NCBI GenBank assembly: GCA_029547025.1
Contig: JAKPQA010000074.1
Span: forward strand, 8,796 to 72,795
Length of the DNA: 64,000 bases
Source of the DNA: Armatimonadota bacterium
GTDB lineage: Bacteria; Armatimonadota; Zipacnadia; UBA1398; JAKPQA01
Reading direction: 5' to 3'
A model generated the notes under the pieces. It did no database searches. It was not told the origin of the DNA and saw only the letters and a program-made list of their open reading frames with translations. Positions 1-9,902 of the stretch are shown here, piece by piece. How positions within the stretch are numbered: position 1 is the stretch's first letter; the number at the start of each line of letters is the position of its first letter. Position numbers and translations under genes: made by a program.

Positions 1-2694
1 CCGGGTAGGCACCGGCTGACGCTGTGCGTGGACAACACGCTGAAGCTCAACATGGGCTACGCGGCGCATTCCACTTCGGAGCAGACTCAGACGAACTGGA
101 ATGGCGTGGTCGGCCGCATCGAGCTACGCGCGACGCCATCGGCGTGGGTCGCGCGCTTGCAGGCCTATCCGGACGTGCATGGCCATTGCGTCCGGGCAGC
201 GGCCCACATCGAGCCCGTGGGCGAAGCCAGTGGAGATCTGCAGCTCGCCGTGCGCGATCTCGCCTCCGGGACCATGGTGGCGGCGGCCCGCGTCCCCGCC
301 GCGCCGGGCGGGATGGTCGAGGCCACACTGCCGCTGGGTGCCGCAATGCGCCGGTGGGACGAGTTCTCGCCGAGCCGTTACGAGCTTGTCGCCACGCTCC
401 GCCTCCCCGATGGTGCCTCCGACGAGCGTCGTGTGCGCTTCGGCATGAGGGACCTGGAGGTGCGCGGTGGTAGACTGGTGCTTAACGGGCGGCCGGCGTT
501 CCTGCGAGGTACGCTGGAGTGCTGCGTCTTCCCGCTCACCGGCTATCCGCCTACAGATGTCGAGAGCTGGTTGCGCATCTTCCGCATTGCCCGGTCGTAC
601 GGGCTGAACCACATGCGCTTCCACTCGTGGTGTCCGCCTGAAGCGGCCTTCGAGGCAGCCGACCGGACCGGGTTCCTCTTGCACGTCGAGGCACCGCAAT
701 GGACCTTCGACGTGGGTCAAGACCCACCAAGGGACGAGTTCATCCGCCAGGAAGTGATGCGGATCCTCGATGCGTACGGCAACCACCCTTCGTTCGGCAT
801 GCTGTGCATGGGGAACGAGCTTACAGGCGACGTGAGCTTCCTGCAGACGCTGGTGCTGTTAGGGCGCGAGCACGACCCGCGGCACCTGTACACATCATCC
901 ACGGCATGGTCGTTCGGCCCGAACGACCAGTACAACGTGGCCGCCGTGCGCGGGCTTCATGGCCCGACGACCGACGCCGACTTCGCAGAGGCCGTTCGGC
1001 AGAGCCCCGTGCCGCTCATCTCCCACGAGGTGGGCCAGTGGAGCGTTTTCCCGAACATCAGGGAGATCCGGAAGTACACCGGAGTGCTCAGGCCCCGGAA
1101 CTTCGAACGGGTCCGTGATAGCCTGAGGGCGCATCACCTCCTGAGTCAGGCCGACGACTTCACTTGGGTCACGGGCCGGCTGTCCGCGCAGCTCTACAAG
1201 GAGGAGATCGAGGTGCTGCTGCGGACGCCCGGTCTGGGTGGGTTCCAGTTGCTGGACCTGCATGATTTCCCGGGCCAGGGAACGGCGCTAGTGGGCATGC
1301 TCGATGCCTTCTGGGACAGTAAGGGCTTCATCAGCGCCTCCGAGTTCAGCCGGTTCTGTGGGCCCACGGTTCCGCTGCTGCGGATGAAGCAGCGCACCTA
1401 CACGACGGCGGACACCCTTTCGGCACGCGTGCAGATCTCTCACTTTGGGCCGCGACGTCTGCGAGGCGTGGTGCCCCAGTGGTCGCTGGTCGCCGAGGAC
1501 GGCCGCCGGATCCACTCAGGTGCACTGCCCGCCCGCGACATCCCGACTGGGCAGCTCAGCGACCTCGGCGCCATCGAGGTGGCTCTGAAGGGGGTGAGGG
1601 CGCCGGTAAGGGCCACGATCGAGGTGAGGCTGAGCGGGCTAGGCATCGCCAATGACTGGAACATCTGGGTGTACCCCGAGAACGAGGCCGCCGGCGAGCC
1701 GCCGGATGTGCTGGTCACCCCCTCGGTGACCGAGGCCCTGGCCGCTCTCGATGCCGGTGAGAGGGTACTCCTGCTTCCGCGCGGTCCCTACCTGGTTCGC
1801 TCGCGGCCGGGGAGCTTCACACCGGTGTTCTGGAGTCCTCTGTGGTTCAGCAGCGCGGCCCGAGGAACAATGGGCATCCTGTGCGACCCCGAGCACCCGG
1901 CTCTGGCCCAGTTCCCCACAGAAGCACACGCGGACTGGCAGTGGTACGACCTACTCCAGCGCTCGCGGGCCATGAGTATCGACGGCCTTCCTCCACGTCT
2001 GAGACCCATCGTCCAGGTCGTCGACAACTTCACCGCCAACCAGCGTCTGGCGAACCTATTCGAGGCTCGCGTCGGCCCGGGACGTGTGGTGGTATGCTCG
2101 GTCGACCTGGGCAACGATCTCGGCGTTCGCCCCGCGGCTCGCCAGCTTCGCCGGAGCATCCTGGAGTACATGGGTTCGCGCCGCTTCGAGCCGTCCGTCC
2201 AGGTGACTCGCGAGGAGCTGCTCTCGGTCGTCAGCGAGCAACCCGACAGCGTACTGCGCGCCCTGGGAGCGCGGGTGATCCGCGTCGACAGCGAGGACAC
2301 CGCTCACGGCAATGTCGCGGCTTGCGCCATCGACGGCGACCCCGAGACGTTCTGGCACACCGAGTGGGGGACGCAGGAAGCGGGCTTCCCCCACGAGCTC
2401 GTGATCGATGTGGGGAGATTGGTGGAAATTCGTGGTTTCCGGTACCTGCCCAGGCAGGACATGAACAACGGGTGGTTCGCCGGCTATGAGATTGCCGTGT
2501 CGGACGACGGCGCCGAGTGGGGCACTCCGGTGTCGGCCGGCGAGTTCTCCTTCGACGCCGACGAGAAACGCATCGAGCTGGCGGAAGAGGTGGTGGGGCG
2601 GTACGTCCGTCTCCGGGCCCTCACCGGCTACCAGGGCAAGCCGTGGGTGGGAGTCGCCGAGTTCGACATCGTGGCACAGGCGTCGAAGCGCTAA
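1..2694 (+). CDS. GH2-family glycoside hydrolase with C-terminal F5/8 type C (discoidin/CBM32-like) domain; 5' truncated by window edge
   Basis: Frame is open from base 1; motifs LNGRPAFLRGTLE, YGLNHMRFHSWCPP, NHPSFGMLCMGNEL, SHEVGQW; C-terminal AIDGDPETFWHT...PHELVID...YLPRQD. Confidence 0.85.
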   Translation, partial: PGRHRLTLCVDNTLKLNMGYAAHSTSEQTQTNWNGVVGRIELRATPSAWVARLQAYPDVHGHCVRAAAHIEPVGEASGDLQLAVRDLASGTMVAAARVPAAPGGMVEATLPLGAAMRRWDEFSPSRYELVATLRLPDGASDERRVRFGMRDLEVRGGRLVLNGRPAFLRGTLECCVFPLTGYPPTDVESWLRIFRIARSYGLNHMRFHSWCPPEAAFEAADRTGFLLHVEAPQWTFDVGQDPPRDEFIRQEVMRILDAYGNHPSFGMLCMGNELTGDVSFLQTLVLLGREHDPRHLYTSSTAWSFGPNDQYNVAAVRGLHGPTTDADFAEAVRQSPVPLISHEVGQWSVFPNIREIRKYTGVLRPRNFERVRDSLRAHHLLSQADDFTWVTGRLSAQLYKEEIEVLLRTPGLGGFQLLDLHDFPGQGTALVGMLDAFWDSKGFISASEFSRFCGPTVPLLRMKQRTYTTADTLSARVQISHFGPRRLRGVVPQWSLVAEDGRRIHSGALPARDIPTGQLSDLGAIEVALKGVRAPVRATIEVRLSGLGIANDWNIWVYPENEAAGEPPDVLVTPSVTEALAALDAGERVLLLPRGPYLVRSRPGSFTPVFWSPLWFSSAARGTMGILCDPEHPALAQFPTEAHADWQWYDLLQRSRAMSIDGLPPRLRPIVQVVDNFTANQRLANLFEARVGPGRVVVCSVDLGNDLGVRPAARQLRRSILEYMGSRRFEPSVQVTREELLSVVSEQPDSVLRALGARVIRVDSEDTAHGNVAACAIDGDPETFWHTEWGTQEAGFPHELVIDVGRLVEIRGFRYLPRQDMNNGWFAGYEIAVSDDGAEWGTPVSAGEFSFDADEKRIELAEEVVGRYVRLRALTGYQGKPWVGVAEFDIVAQASKR

Positions 2695-2717
2695 GTTGCG
2701 AACGGGGAGCGGCGCAG

Positions 2718-5700
2718 ATGGTGTCGGTCACAGTTCTATGCACGGCTCTGGCATCGGCGGGAGCGCCGAGCTATGTGAATGCGGGATTATGCCTGGCACG
2801 GCCCACGCCCTCCCAGGTCGAGTGGCAGGACATGGAGATCGAGATGTTCCTGTGCCTCGACCCGTGCACCTGGCAGGAACGGGAGTACGACGACCACTCC
2901 ACACCGCTCACCGCCATCAACCCCCAGCAGCTCGACACCGACCAGTGGGCGCACGTGGCGCTCTCGATGGGGGCGAAGCAGATCCTGTTCGTGGCGAAGC
3001 ACACGGGCGGCTTCTGCTGGTGGCAGACGGAGACAAGTGACTACGGCGTGCGCCAGATCCCGTGGCGCGGGGGCCGCGGCGATGTCGTCGCCGACCTGGC
3101 CGAGTCGTGCCGGAAGCATGGGCTGAAGCTGGGGCTCTATCTAAGCCCGGCCGATGACGTTCACGGAGCGACCACCGGTGGACGCTGCCCGACGGCGGAG
3201 GCGCAGGCGGCCTACGCCCGCATCTACCGCCAGCAGCTGGCCGAGCTCCTCGGGCGCTATGGCCCCATCAGCGAGATCTGGTTCGACGGGAACCTGGTCA
3301 TCGACGTCGCCGACATCCTGGAGCGATTCGCGCCGGAGGCCATGGTCTTTCAGGGTCCGCGAGCGACCATCCGCTGGGTCGGGAACGAGGAGGGTTACGC
3401 CCCATACCCGGCGTGGAACGCTGTGGCTCGCGGGGATGCCGCCTCGGGAGGTGCCACCGCTGCCCACGGTACACCCGACGGCGACGTCTGGCTTCCCATC
3501 GAGGTCGACACCGTCAACGTGTCGCCCCACTACTGGTTCTGGAAGCGGAGCCCCGAACGTCGCCTGCGTACCGTGGCGGAGCTGATGGACTGCTACTACC
3601 GCTCGGTCGGTCACGGTGCCGTGCTGTTGCTGAACCAGAGCCCTGACACTCGGGGGCTCATTCCTGCGGAGGATGCGCGCGTCGCGGCGGAGTTCGGGGC
3701 CGAGATCCGTCGCCGCTTCGGCCGGAGCCTGGCAGAGACACGCGGCCAGGGGACCCGGGTGGATCTGGACCTGGGCGGGTGGCGGTGGGTGGATCACGTG
3801 GTCACGATGGAGGAGATCCGGCGGGGCGAGCGCATCCGCGAGTACTCGCTGGAGGGCAGAACCAGCTGCGGCTGGCAGGAGTTGTGCCGTGGCACGGCCG
3901 TGGGACACAAGCGGATCGACCGCTTCGCCCCGGTCTGGGTCTCGGCGATCCGGCTGCGCTGCACGCGATCGGCTGCGACGCCGGTCATCCGGCGGCTAGC
4001 GGCCTACTACGTTGGTCTGTGTGAACCACGCGGTGGGGCGCTGCGATGGACCTTTGACCGCGACGAGGTCGGCGCGGCAGCCGGCCTCTACCGGGCCGAG
4101 CCGCGCGGCGCGCGGCTCGTTGCGGGCATTATCGGCGACGCCCTGCAACTGGACGGCCATGGTGCCCATGTCCGCCTTGGCGATGTTCCGATTCCCGAGG
4201 GAGACTTCACCCTGGCCGCGTGGATCTGCCCGCGCACCGTGACGCGCCGCGAGCAGATCATTGTGGCCAAGGAGCGGAGCGGCGTCGCCGACCACCAGTT
4301 CCGCCTGTACCTGGCGCCAGGCAACCGGGTGGGGTTCATCCACTCGGATGGGGAAGGCCACGGCGCGTGGCCCTCTGCCGGAGTGGGGGACGCGCTACCG
4401 GCGAGGCAGTGGTCGCATGTGGCGGTGACGCGGGGTCCGTCCGGGTACACCGCCTGGGTGAACGGCCAGGCCGTGGCGACCGCGCCTCCCTCGGGCAGCA
4501 TCCGGCACCGCAACACGCTGGAGCTGCGCGCCGGAGCGCGCTACGCCCCATCGGGCGACGGCGCGGACAGCCCATTCGACGGCCTGATCGACGAGGTCAT
4601 TCTGGCGCCGCGGGCTCTGTCGGAAGCAGAACTTCAGCCATCTCCGGCCGCCCGGGCGCTCATGTCGCAACCGGTGGAGATGACGCCCATGCAGAGAGGC
4701 CCACTGGCCAAGCCCACGCCGCAGCAGGCGGAGTGGCACGACCTCGAAGTGGGGATGTTCATCCACTTCGGTCCCAACACGTGGCAGAACCAGGAGGGCG
4801 ACGACCTCTCGACGCCGCTCGATCAGATCAACCCCCAACGACTGGACACCGACCAGTGGGTCTCCGTCGCTGATTCCATGGGGGCCCGGTACATTGTCTT
4901 CGTCGCCAAGCACGTCGGTGGCTTCTGTTGGTGGCAGACGGACACGACGGACTACAGCGTCGGCCACACGCCATGGCGCGGCGGCCGGGGCGACGTGATG
5001 GCTGATCTGGCCGCATCGTGCCGCAGGCGCGGGATGAAGCTCGGCGTCTACCTGTCACCTTGCGACCGCAAGCACGGCATCGACGTCGGTGGTCGCGCTC
5101 CGACTCCCGAGGCCCAAGAGCAGTACAATGCCCTCTACCGGCGCCAGCTCACCGAGCTACTCACCCGCTACGGTGACATTGTCGAGATCTGGTTCGATGG
5201 CAGCATTGTGGTGCCGGTGGGCGACATCCTGCAGGAGCATGCGCCGCGGGCGATGGTCTTCCAGGGTCCCCACGCAACGATCCGGTGGGTGGGCACCGAG
5301 TCGGGCTTCGCGCCGTACCCGGCCTGGAATGGCGTCAGCCTGGCTGACGCGAGATCGGGAGTCGCCACGGCAGCGCACGGGACCCCCGACGGCGATGCTT
5401 GGCTCCCCAACGAGGTCGATACCGTCAATGTGGTCCCACACTACTGGTTCTGGAACACCGACCCGAACCGGAGACTCAAGACCGTCGACGAGCTCATGGA
5501 GTGCTACTATCAGTCCGTCGGGCGCGGGGCGGTCCTGCTGCTGAACCAGACGCCAGACACGTCGGGACTCATCCCCCAGGCCGATGCGCGCCGCGCCGCC
5601 GAGTTCGGGGCGGAAGTGAGGCGGCGGTTCGGGATACCCATCGCAGAGACGCGGGGCCGGGGCCAGACCGTCGAGCTCAAGCTGCCACGGACGGCCTCGG

Positions 5701-5936
5701 TGGACCATGTCGTCGCCATGGAGGACATCCGCCGAGGCGAGCGGGTCCGCGAGTACGTGGTCGAGGGCCTTGTGGGCACCGAGTGGCGCGAGCTATGCCG
5801 CGGCTCGGCCATCGGGCACAAGAAGATCGACCGTTTCCCGCCGGTCGAGGTCGCCGGCATCCGGCTGCGATGCCTCGAGTCGGCCGGCGATCCGATCATA
5901 CGAAAGCTGGCGGCGTACCGCGTCGGTGGGGGCTAG
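2718..5936 (+). CDS. Tandem GH29 (alpha-L-fucosidase-like) protein: GH29 - LamG - GH29
   Basis: ATG 2718 after GGGGAG; two homologous modules (PTPxQxxW, AKHxGGFCWW, KLGxYLSP, EIWFDG, IRWVG, YYxSVGxGAVLLLN, GHKxIDRF) flanking a LamG segment (FTLAAWI, WSHVAVT, FDGLIDEV). Confidence 0.85.
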   Translation: MVSVTVLCTALASAGAPSYVNAGLCLARPTPSQVEWQDMEIEMFLCLDPCTWQEREYDDHSTPLTAINPQQLDTDQWAHVALSMGAKQILFVAKHTGGFCWWQTETSDYGVRQIPWRGGRGDVVADLAESCRKHGLKLGLYLSPADDVHGATTGGRCPTAEAQAAYARIYRQQLAELLGRYGPISEIWFDGNLVIDVADILERFAPEAMVFQGPRATIRWVGNEEGYAPYPAWNAVARGDAASGGATAAHGTPDGDVWLPIEVDTVNVSPHYWFWKRSPERRLRTVAELMDCYYRSVGHGAVLLLNQSPDTRGLIPAEDARVAAEFGAEIRRRFGRSLAETRGQGTRVDLDLGGWRWVDHVVTMEEIRRGERIREYSLEGRTSCGWQELCRGTAVGHKRIDRFAPVWVSAIRLRCTRSAATPVIRRLAAYYVGLCEPRGGALRWTFDRDEVGAAAGLYRAEPRGARLVAGIIGDALQLDGHGAHVRLGDVPIPEGDFTLAAWICPRTVTRREQIIVAKERSGVADHQFRLYLAPGNRVGFIHSDGEGHGAWPSAGVGDALPARQWSHVAVTRGPSGYTAWVNGQAVATAPPSGSIRHRNTLELRAGARYAPSGDGADSPFDGLIDEVILAPRALSEAELQPSPAARALMSQPVEMTPMQRGPLAKPTPQQAEWHDLEVGMFIHFGPNTWQNQEGDDLSTPLDQINPQRLDTDQWVSVADSMGARYIVFVAKHVGGFCWWQTDTTDYSVGHTPWRGGRGDVMADLAASCRRRGMKLGVYLSPCDRKHGIDVGGRAPTPEAQEQYNALYRRQLTELLTRYGDIVEIWFDGSIVVPVGDILQEHAPRAMVFQGPHATIRWVGTESGFAPYPAWNGVSLADARSGVATAAHGTPDGDAWLPNEVDTVNVVPHYWFWNTDPNRRLKTVDELMECYYQSVGRGAVLLLNQTPDTSGLIPQADARRAAEFGAEVRRRFGIPIAETRGRGQTVELKLPRTASVDHVVAMEDIRRGERVREYVVEGLVGTEWRELCRGSAIGHKKIDRFPPVEVAGIRLRCLESAGDPIIRKLAAYRVGGG

Positions 5937-6036
5937 TCATCTCCGACCCAAGAGCACGACAATGAGCCCCAGGCCGTGCAGTCGAAGGCACGAGTGCTGT
6001 TTGCCCGGACCGACGTGTGCCGTGTGGAGGCCGTCC

Positions 6037-8205
6037 ATGACCGAGCGCGTCAGCGCCCTGCGGGACCGTGCATTGCGCAGCCGTCGAGGCGAGGACCGGA
6101 CGACGCCGAGCCTGTGGCAGGAGTCCTATCGTCGGACCGAGGGCCTTCCCGAGGTGACGCGCTGGGCCATGGCGACGGCTCACGGCTACCGCACGCAGCC
6201 TGTGTACGTGCAGGAGTTGGAGCTCCTCGTCGGGACGCCCCCGGGCATGGTGTACGACGAGGACGGGCCGGTAGTCCCGCAGATCTTCGGCCGCCAGCCC
6301 TTCGTGTGCCCGTGGCCAGTCTCGGACGAGATCCAGCGCCTGTTTGGAGCAGGGCTGTTCTCGCCGGCGGGAAACCATACGACCATCGACTACGATGCCA
6401 TCATGGTGGGCGGGTTTCGCGGGCTGATCAGCCGTGTCGATGCGAGGCTCGCGTTGCCGCAGGTTCGGGCGGACGACGAGCAGACCGCTTTTCTGGGGGC
6501 GCTGCGGACCATCGCGGAAGGCTACATCGACTACTGCGGCCGCCATGCCGACGAAGCGCTGGCACAAGCGGCCGCCTGCGCGGACCCCCAGCGCGCTCAG
6601 GAGCTCCGCACGATCGCGGGCAACTGCCTGCAGGTGGTTGCCGATCCTCCCCGGACTTTCTGGCAGGCATGTCAGTCGGCATGGTTCTCGTTCGTCTTCC
6701 TGCCTGACGCGCCGGGGCGTGTGGATCAGTACCTCTATCCCTTCTACCGCGCGGACATGGACTCGGGGCGGCTCGACGATGACCGCGCGCGCGAGCTACT
6801 GAGCTGTCTGTGGCTGCGATATCTGGAGTTCGCGGGCGCTGCGGCGGCGGTCAGCGCGTTCCACCACCTCACTCTGGGCGGCATGCGCCCCGACGGTTCC
6901 GACGCGTCCAACCAGCTCACGTGGCTTTGCCTTGACGTCACGGAGGAACTCAGGATCCAGCGCCCCCAGGTCGGGCTGCGATGTCATGCAGACACCCCGC
7001 CGGCATTGCTCGAGCGGGCAGTGAGGGTGCTGCGGGCTCGAGCGGGGAACCCGGACTTCTGCAACGACGAGCAGATCGTGCCGGCGCTGGTGCGCACTGG
7101 CATTTCCCTCGAGGACGCGCGGGACTTCTCGCTCTCCGGCTGCCATGAGGTCATCGTGACGGGCCGTGCCCAAATGGGATCCGTCGAGGGCTTCATCAAC
7201 CTGCCGAAGGTTCTGAGGGCCGTGCTGGGGCTCGAGCCGGGGCTGCTTGGCGGGGCCACCCCCCCGTTCCCGGAGTCGTGGGAGCAGCTCTGGGAACAGC
7301 TGACATCGGCCATGAGGTGGGTGGCCTGGCGTGCCCATGAGGCGGCCCTGGCGCGCGACGAGGAGGCGGCACGTGGGGCGGGGGGCCACCTCCAAGCATC
7401 CCTCGTGGTGGGTGACTGCGTCGAGCGCGGCAAGGGCTACACCCAGGGCGGCGCCCGGTACAACCACTGCAACTGGAACGTCATCGGCCTCGCCAACCTC
7501 ACCGACGCCCTCAGCGCCATCCGGTGGCTGGTGTTCGACCAACGCCAGCTCACTCTGGCGGAGCTCGCCGGCGTGGTGAGCGCCAACTGGGTGGGTCACG
7601 AGCCACTTCGACAGCGGGTGCTCGGAGAGTCACCGAACTTCGGCAACGACGATGACCGGGCAGACGCCATCGCGACCGACCTGCTGCGGATGATCGCCGC
7701 GGCCTTTGAGGGCCTCACGCCATTTCGAGGTGGCAAGTACATCCTCGGCACTCTCGCGGGTGGGGAGAACATGCATATCGAGTTCGGCCGGATGACGGGA
7801 GCAACACCAGACGGCCGGCGCGATGGTGAGCCGCTGGCCGACAGTGCCGGGCCGGCGCAGGGACGCGACCGCCGCGGTGTGACTGCCATGATGAACTCGG
7901 TGGCCAAGCTCCCGCACCACCTGCTGCCGACGGCGACGACACTCAATGTGAAACTCGACCCGAGGCTGCTCGAAACCGATACGGGCCTCGCCAAGGTAGC
8001 TGGGCTGATCCGCGCGCACTTCGCCGCCGGCGGCCAGCAGTGCCAGTTCAACATCGTGGACCGCGAGATGCTGCTCGAGGCCCGGCGGGATCCAGAGCAG
8101 TACCGCGATCTGATGGTCCGCGTCGCGGGCTACAGCGCGCCCTTCACTTCGCTGTGGGAAGACCTGCAGGACGAGATCATCGCGCGGACGGAGCACGCGC
8201 TGTGA
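6037..8205 (+). CDS. Glycyl radical enzyme (pyruvate formate-lyase family), substrate unknown
   Basis: ATG 6037 after GGAGG; GRVDQYLYPFY, Cys loop SGCHE, GATPDGRRDGEPLAD, C-terminal glycyl loop LMVRVAGYS. Confidence 0.9.
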   Translation: MTERVSALRDRALRSRRGEDRTTPSLWQESYRRTEGLPEVTRWAMATAHGYRTQPVYVQELELLVGTPPGMVYDEDGPVVPQIFGRQPFVCPWPVSDEIQRLFGAGLFSPAGNHTTIDYDAIMVGGFRGLISRVDARLALPQVRADDEQTAFLGALRTIAEGYIDYCGRHADEALAQAAACADPQRAQELRTIAGNCLQVVADPPRTFWQACQSAWFSFVFLPDAPGRVDQYLYPFYRADMDSGRLDDDRARELLSCLWLRYLEFAGAAAAVSAFHHLTLGGMRPDGSDASNQLTWLCLDVTEELRIQRPQVGLRCHADTPPALLERAVRVLRARAGNPDFCNDEQIVPALVRTGISLEDARDFSLSGCHEVIVTGRAQMGSVEGFINLPKVLRAVLGLEPGLLGGATPPFPESWEQLWEQLTSAMRWVAWRAHEAALARDEEAARGAGGHLQASLVVGDCVERGKGYTQGGARYNHCNWNVIGLANLTDALSAIRWLVFDQRQLTLAELAGVVSANWVGHEPLRQRVLGESPNFGNDDDRADAIATDLLRMIAAAFEGLTPFRGGKYILGTLAGGENMHIEFGRMTGATPDGRRDGEPLADSAGPAQGRDRRGVTAMMNSVAKLPHHLLPTATTLNVKLDPRLLETDTGLAKVAGLIRAHFAAGGQQCQFNIVDREMLLEARRDPEQYRDLMVRVAGYSAPFTSLWEDLQDEIIARTEHAL

Positions 8206-8274
8206 GGGGAACAGGAACCACGCAGGGGCGCTGGCCACATGACGAGCGAGTGGCGATGGGACTACGGGTGGAAT

Positions 8275-9852
8275 ATGCGGACGCCCGCCCGGGTTAGGCG
8301 GGCCACACTCGGCCAGGCGCTCGCGGCTTTGGGAGGTCTCATGTTCGCTCTTGCTTGGGCTCTGTGCGCGACCGGCGCCTCGGGCGCCGACTGCTTCGCC
8401 ATCCGCGTCGTCGATGAGGCCACGGGCCGCGGCGTCCCGCTGGTGGCCCTACGCACGGTCGACGGAACGGTGCGGTACACCGACAGTGCCGGCTTCGTGG
8501 CCGTGCGCGACCCCGAGCTCATGGGCCAACGGGTCTTCTTTCACATCAGCAGCCACGGCTACGAGTACCCGGCTGATGGCTTCGGCAACAGGGGGATTGC
8601 GCTAGACGTGACGCCCGGCGGACGAGCCGAAGTGCGCGTCCACCGGGTGAACATCGCCGAGAGGCTGTACCGGCTGACTGGAGCGGGTATCTACCGCGAT
8701 AGTGTCATCCTCGGCGAGCCCGTCCCTGTCCGTCAGCCCTTGCTCAACGCCAGGGTCACGGGGCAGGACTCGGCCCTGGCCATCCCGTGGCGAGGCCGCA
8801 TCTACTGGTTCTTCGGCGACACGAACCGTATCGAGTACCCGCTGGGGAACTTCCACACGTCCGGTGCGACCTCAGCCCTGCCGGGCGACGGCGGGCTGGA
8901 TCCTTCGATCGGGGTTGATATCGAGTATCTGGTTGATGACGATGGCTTCAGCCGGGCCATGTGCCCCATGGCAGGCGAGGGGCCCGTGTGGCTCGACGGG
9001 CTGGCCGTGGCCCGGGACCGTGACGGCGCCGATCGGCTGGTGGCCCACTACTCCCGGGTGCGAGGACTTGAGACGCTCCTCGAGCACGGCCTCGCCGTGT
9101 TCGACGACGAGAGACAAGTGTTCACCAAGCATGTCGAGTTCGCACTCGACGACACACAGCGCTGTCCACGGGGCCATCCGGTTGCGATACGCGAGGACGG
9201 GCGCGACTGGCTCCTCTTCCCGACGCCTTTTGCCAGTCTCCGGTGTGAGGCAACCATCGAGGCACTGTCGGACCCCGGGCGCTATGAGAGCTTCACGTGC
9301 CTCGCCCCCGGAGCGCGCTTCGCGGCGGAGCACACCGCCGTCGAGCGTGGCCCCGATGGCACCCTCGTATGGGGATGGAAGCCGAACACCGATGCCATTA
9401 CGCAGGCACAGGAGGCCGAGCTGGCGGTCGCCGGCCTCTTGAGGCCGGACGAGTGCCGCTATCAGGTCCGCGATGGCACGGGGCAGGCCATCCGCCTGCA
9501 CAACGGGTCGCTCGCGTGGAATGCCTACCGCCAGCGATGGATCATGATCGTGGCACAGGCGGGAGGCAGCAGCTCGGTCCTCGGCGAGATCTGGTTCGCC
9601 GAAGCCGACTCACCCACGGGGCCCTGGACGAGCTGCACGAAGATCGTGACCCATGACCACTACGGCTTGTACAATCCGGTGCACCACCCGTTTCTCGATC
9701 AGGATGGAGGGCGGGTGATCTACTTCCAGGGGACATACAGCCAGACGTTTGAGGGGCCCGTGGCCCCCACGCCCCTGTATGACTACAACCAGATCATGTA
9801 CCGGCTCGACCTGTCCGATGCCCGGTTGGGCCCGCCACCATCGCGGCGCTAG
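8275..9852 (+). CDS. Secreted hypothetical protein, probable beta-propeller (DUF4185-like)
   Basis: Signal-peptide-like N-terminus; IYWFFGDT, SLAWNAYRQRWIMI, ADSPTGPW, LYNPVHHP; start could be 8239 or 8341. Confidence 0.65.
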   Translation: MRTPARVRRATLGQALAALGGLMFALAWALCATGASGADCFAIRVVDEATGRGVPLVALRTVDGTVRYTDSAGFVAVRDPELMGQRVFFHISSHGYEYPADGFGNRGIALDVTPGGRAEVRVHRVNIAERLYRLTGAGIYRDSVILGEPVPVRQPLLNARVTGQDSALAIPWRGRIYWFFGDTNRIEYPLGNFHTSGATSALPGDGGLDPSIGVDIEYLVDDDGFSRAMCPMAGEGPVWLDGLAVARDRDGADRLVAHYSRVRGLETLLEHGLAVFDDERQVFTKHVEFALDDTQRCPRGHPVAIREDGRDWLLFPTPFASLRCEATIEALSDPGRYESFTCLAPGARFAAEHTAVERGPDGTLVWGWKPNTDAITQAQEAELAVAGLLRPDECRYQVRDGTGQAIRLHNGSLAWNAYRQRWIMIVAQAGGSSSVLGEIWFAEADSPTGPWTSCTKIVTHDHYGLYNPVHHPFLDQDGGRVIYFQGTYSQTFEGPVAPTPLYDYNQIMYRLDLSDARLGPPPSRR

Positions 9853-9902
9853 GCTCTTCGCATCCCAACGGACCGATCCGCGGAGTCTGAGGAGGCCGAT
9901 AG

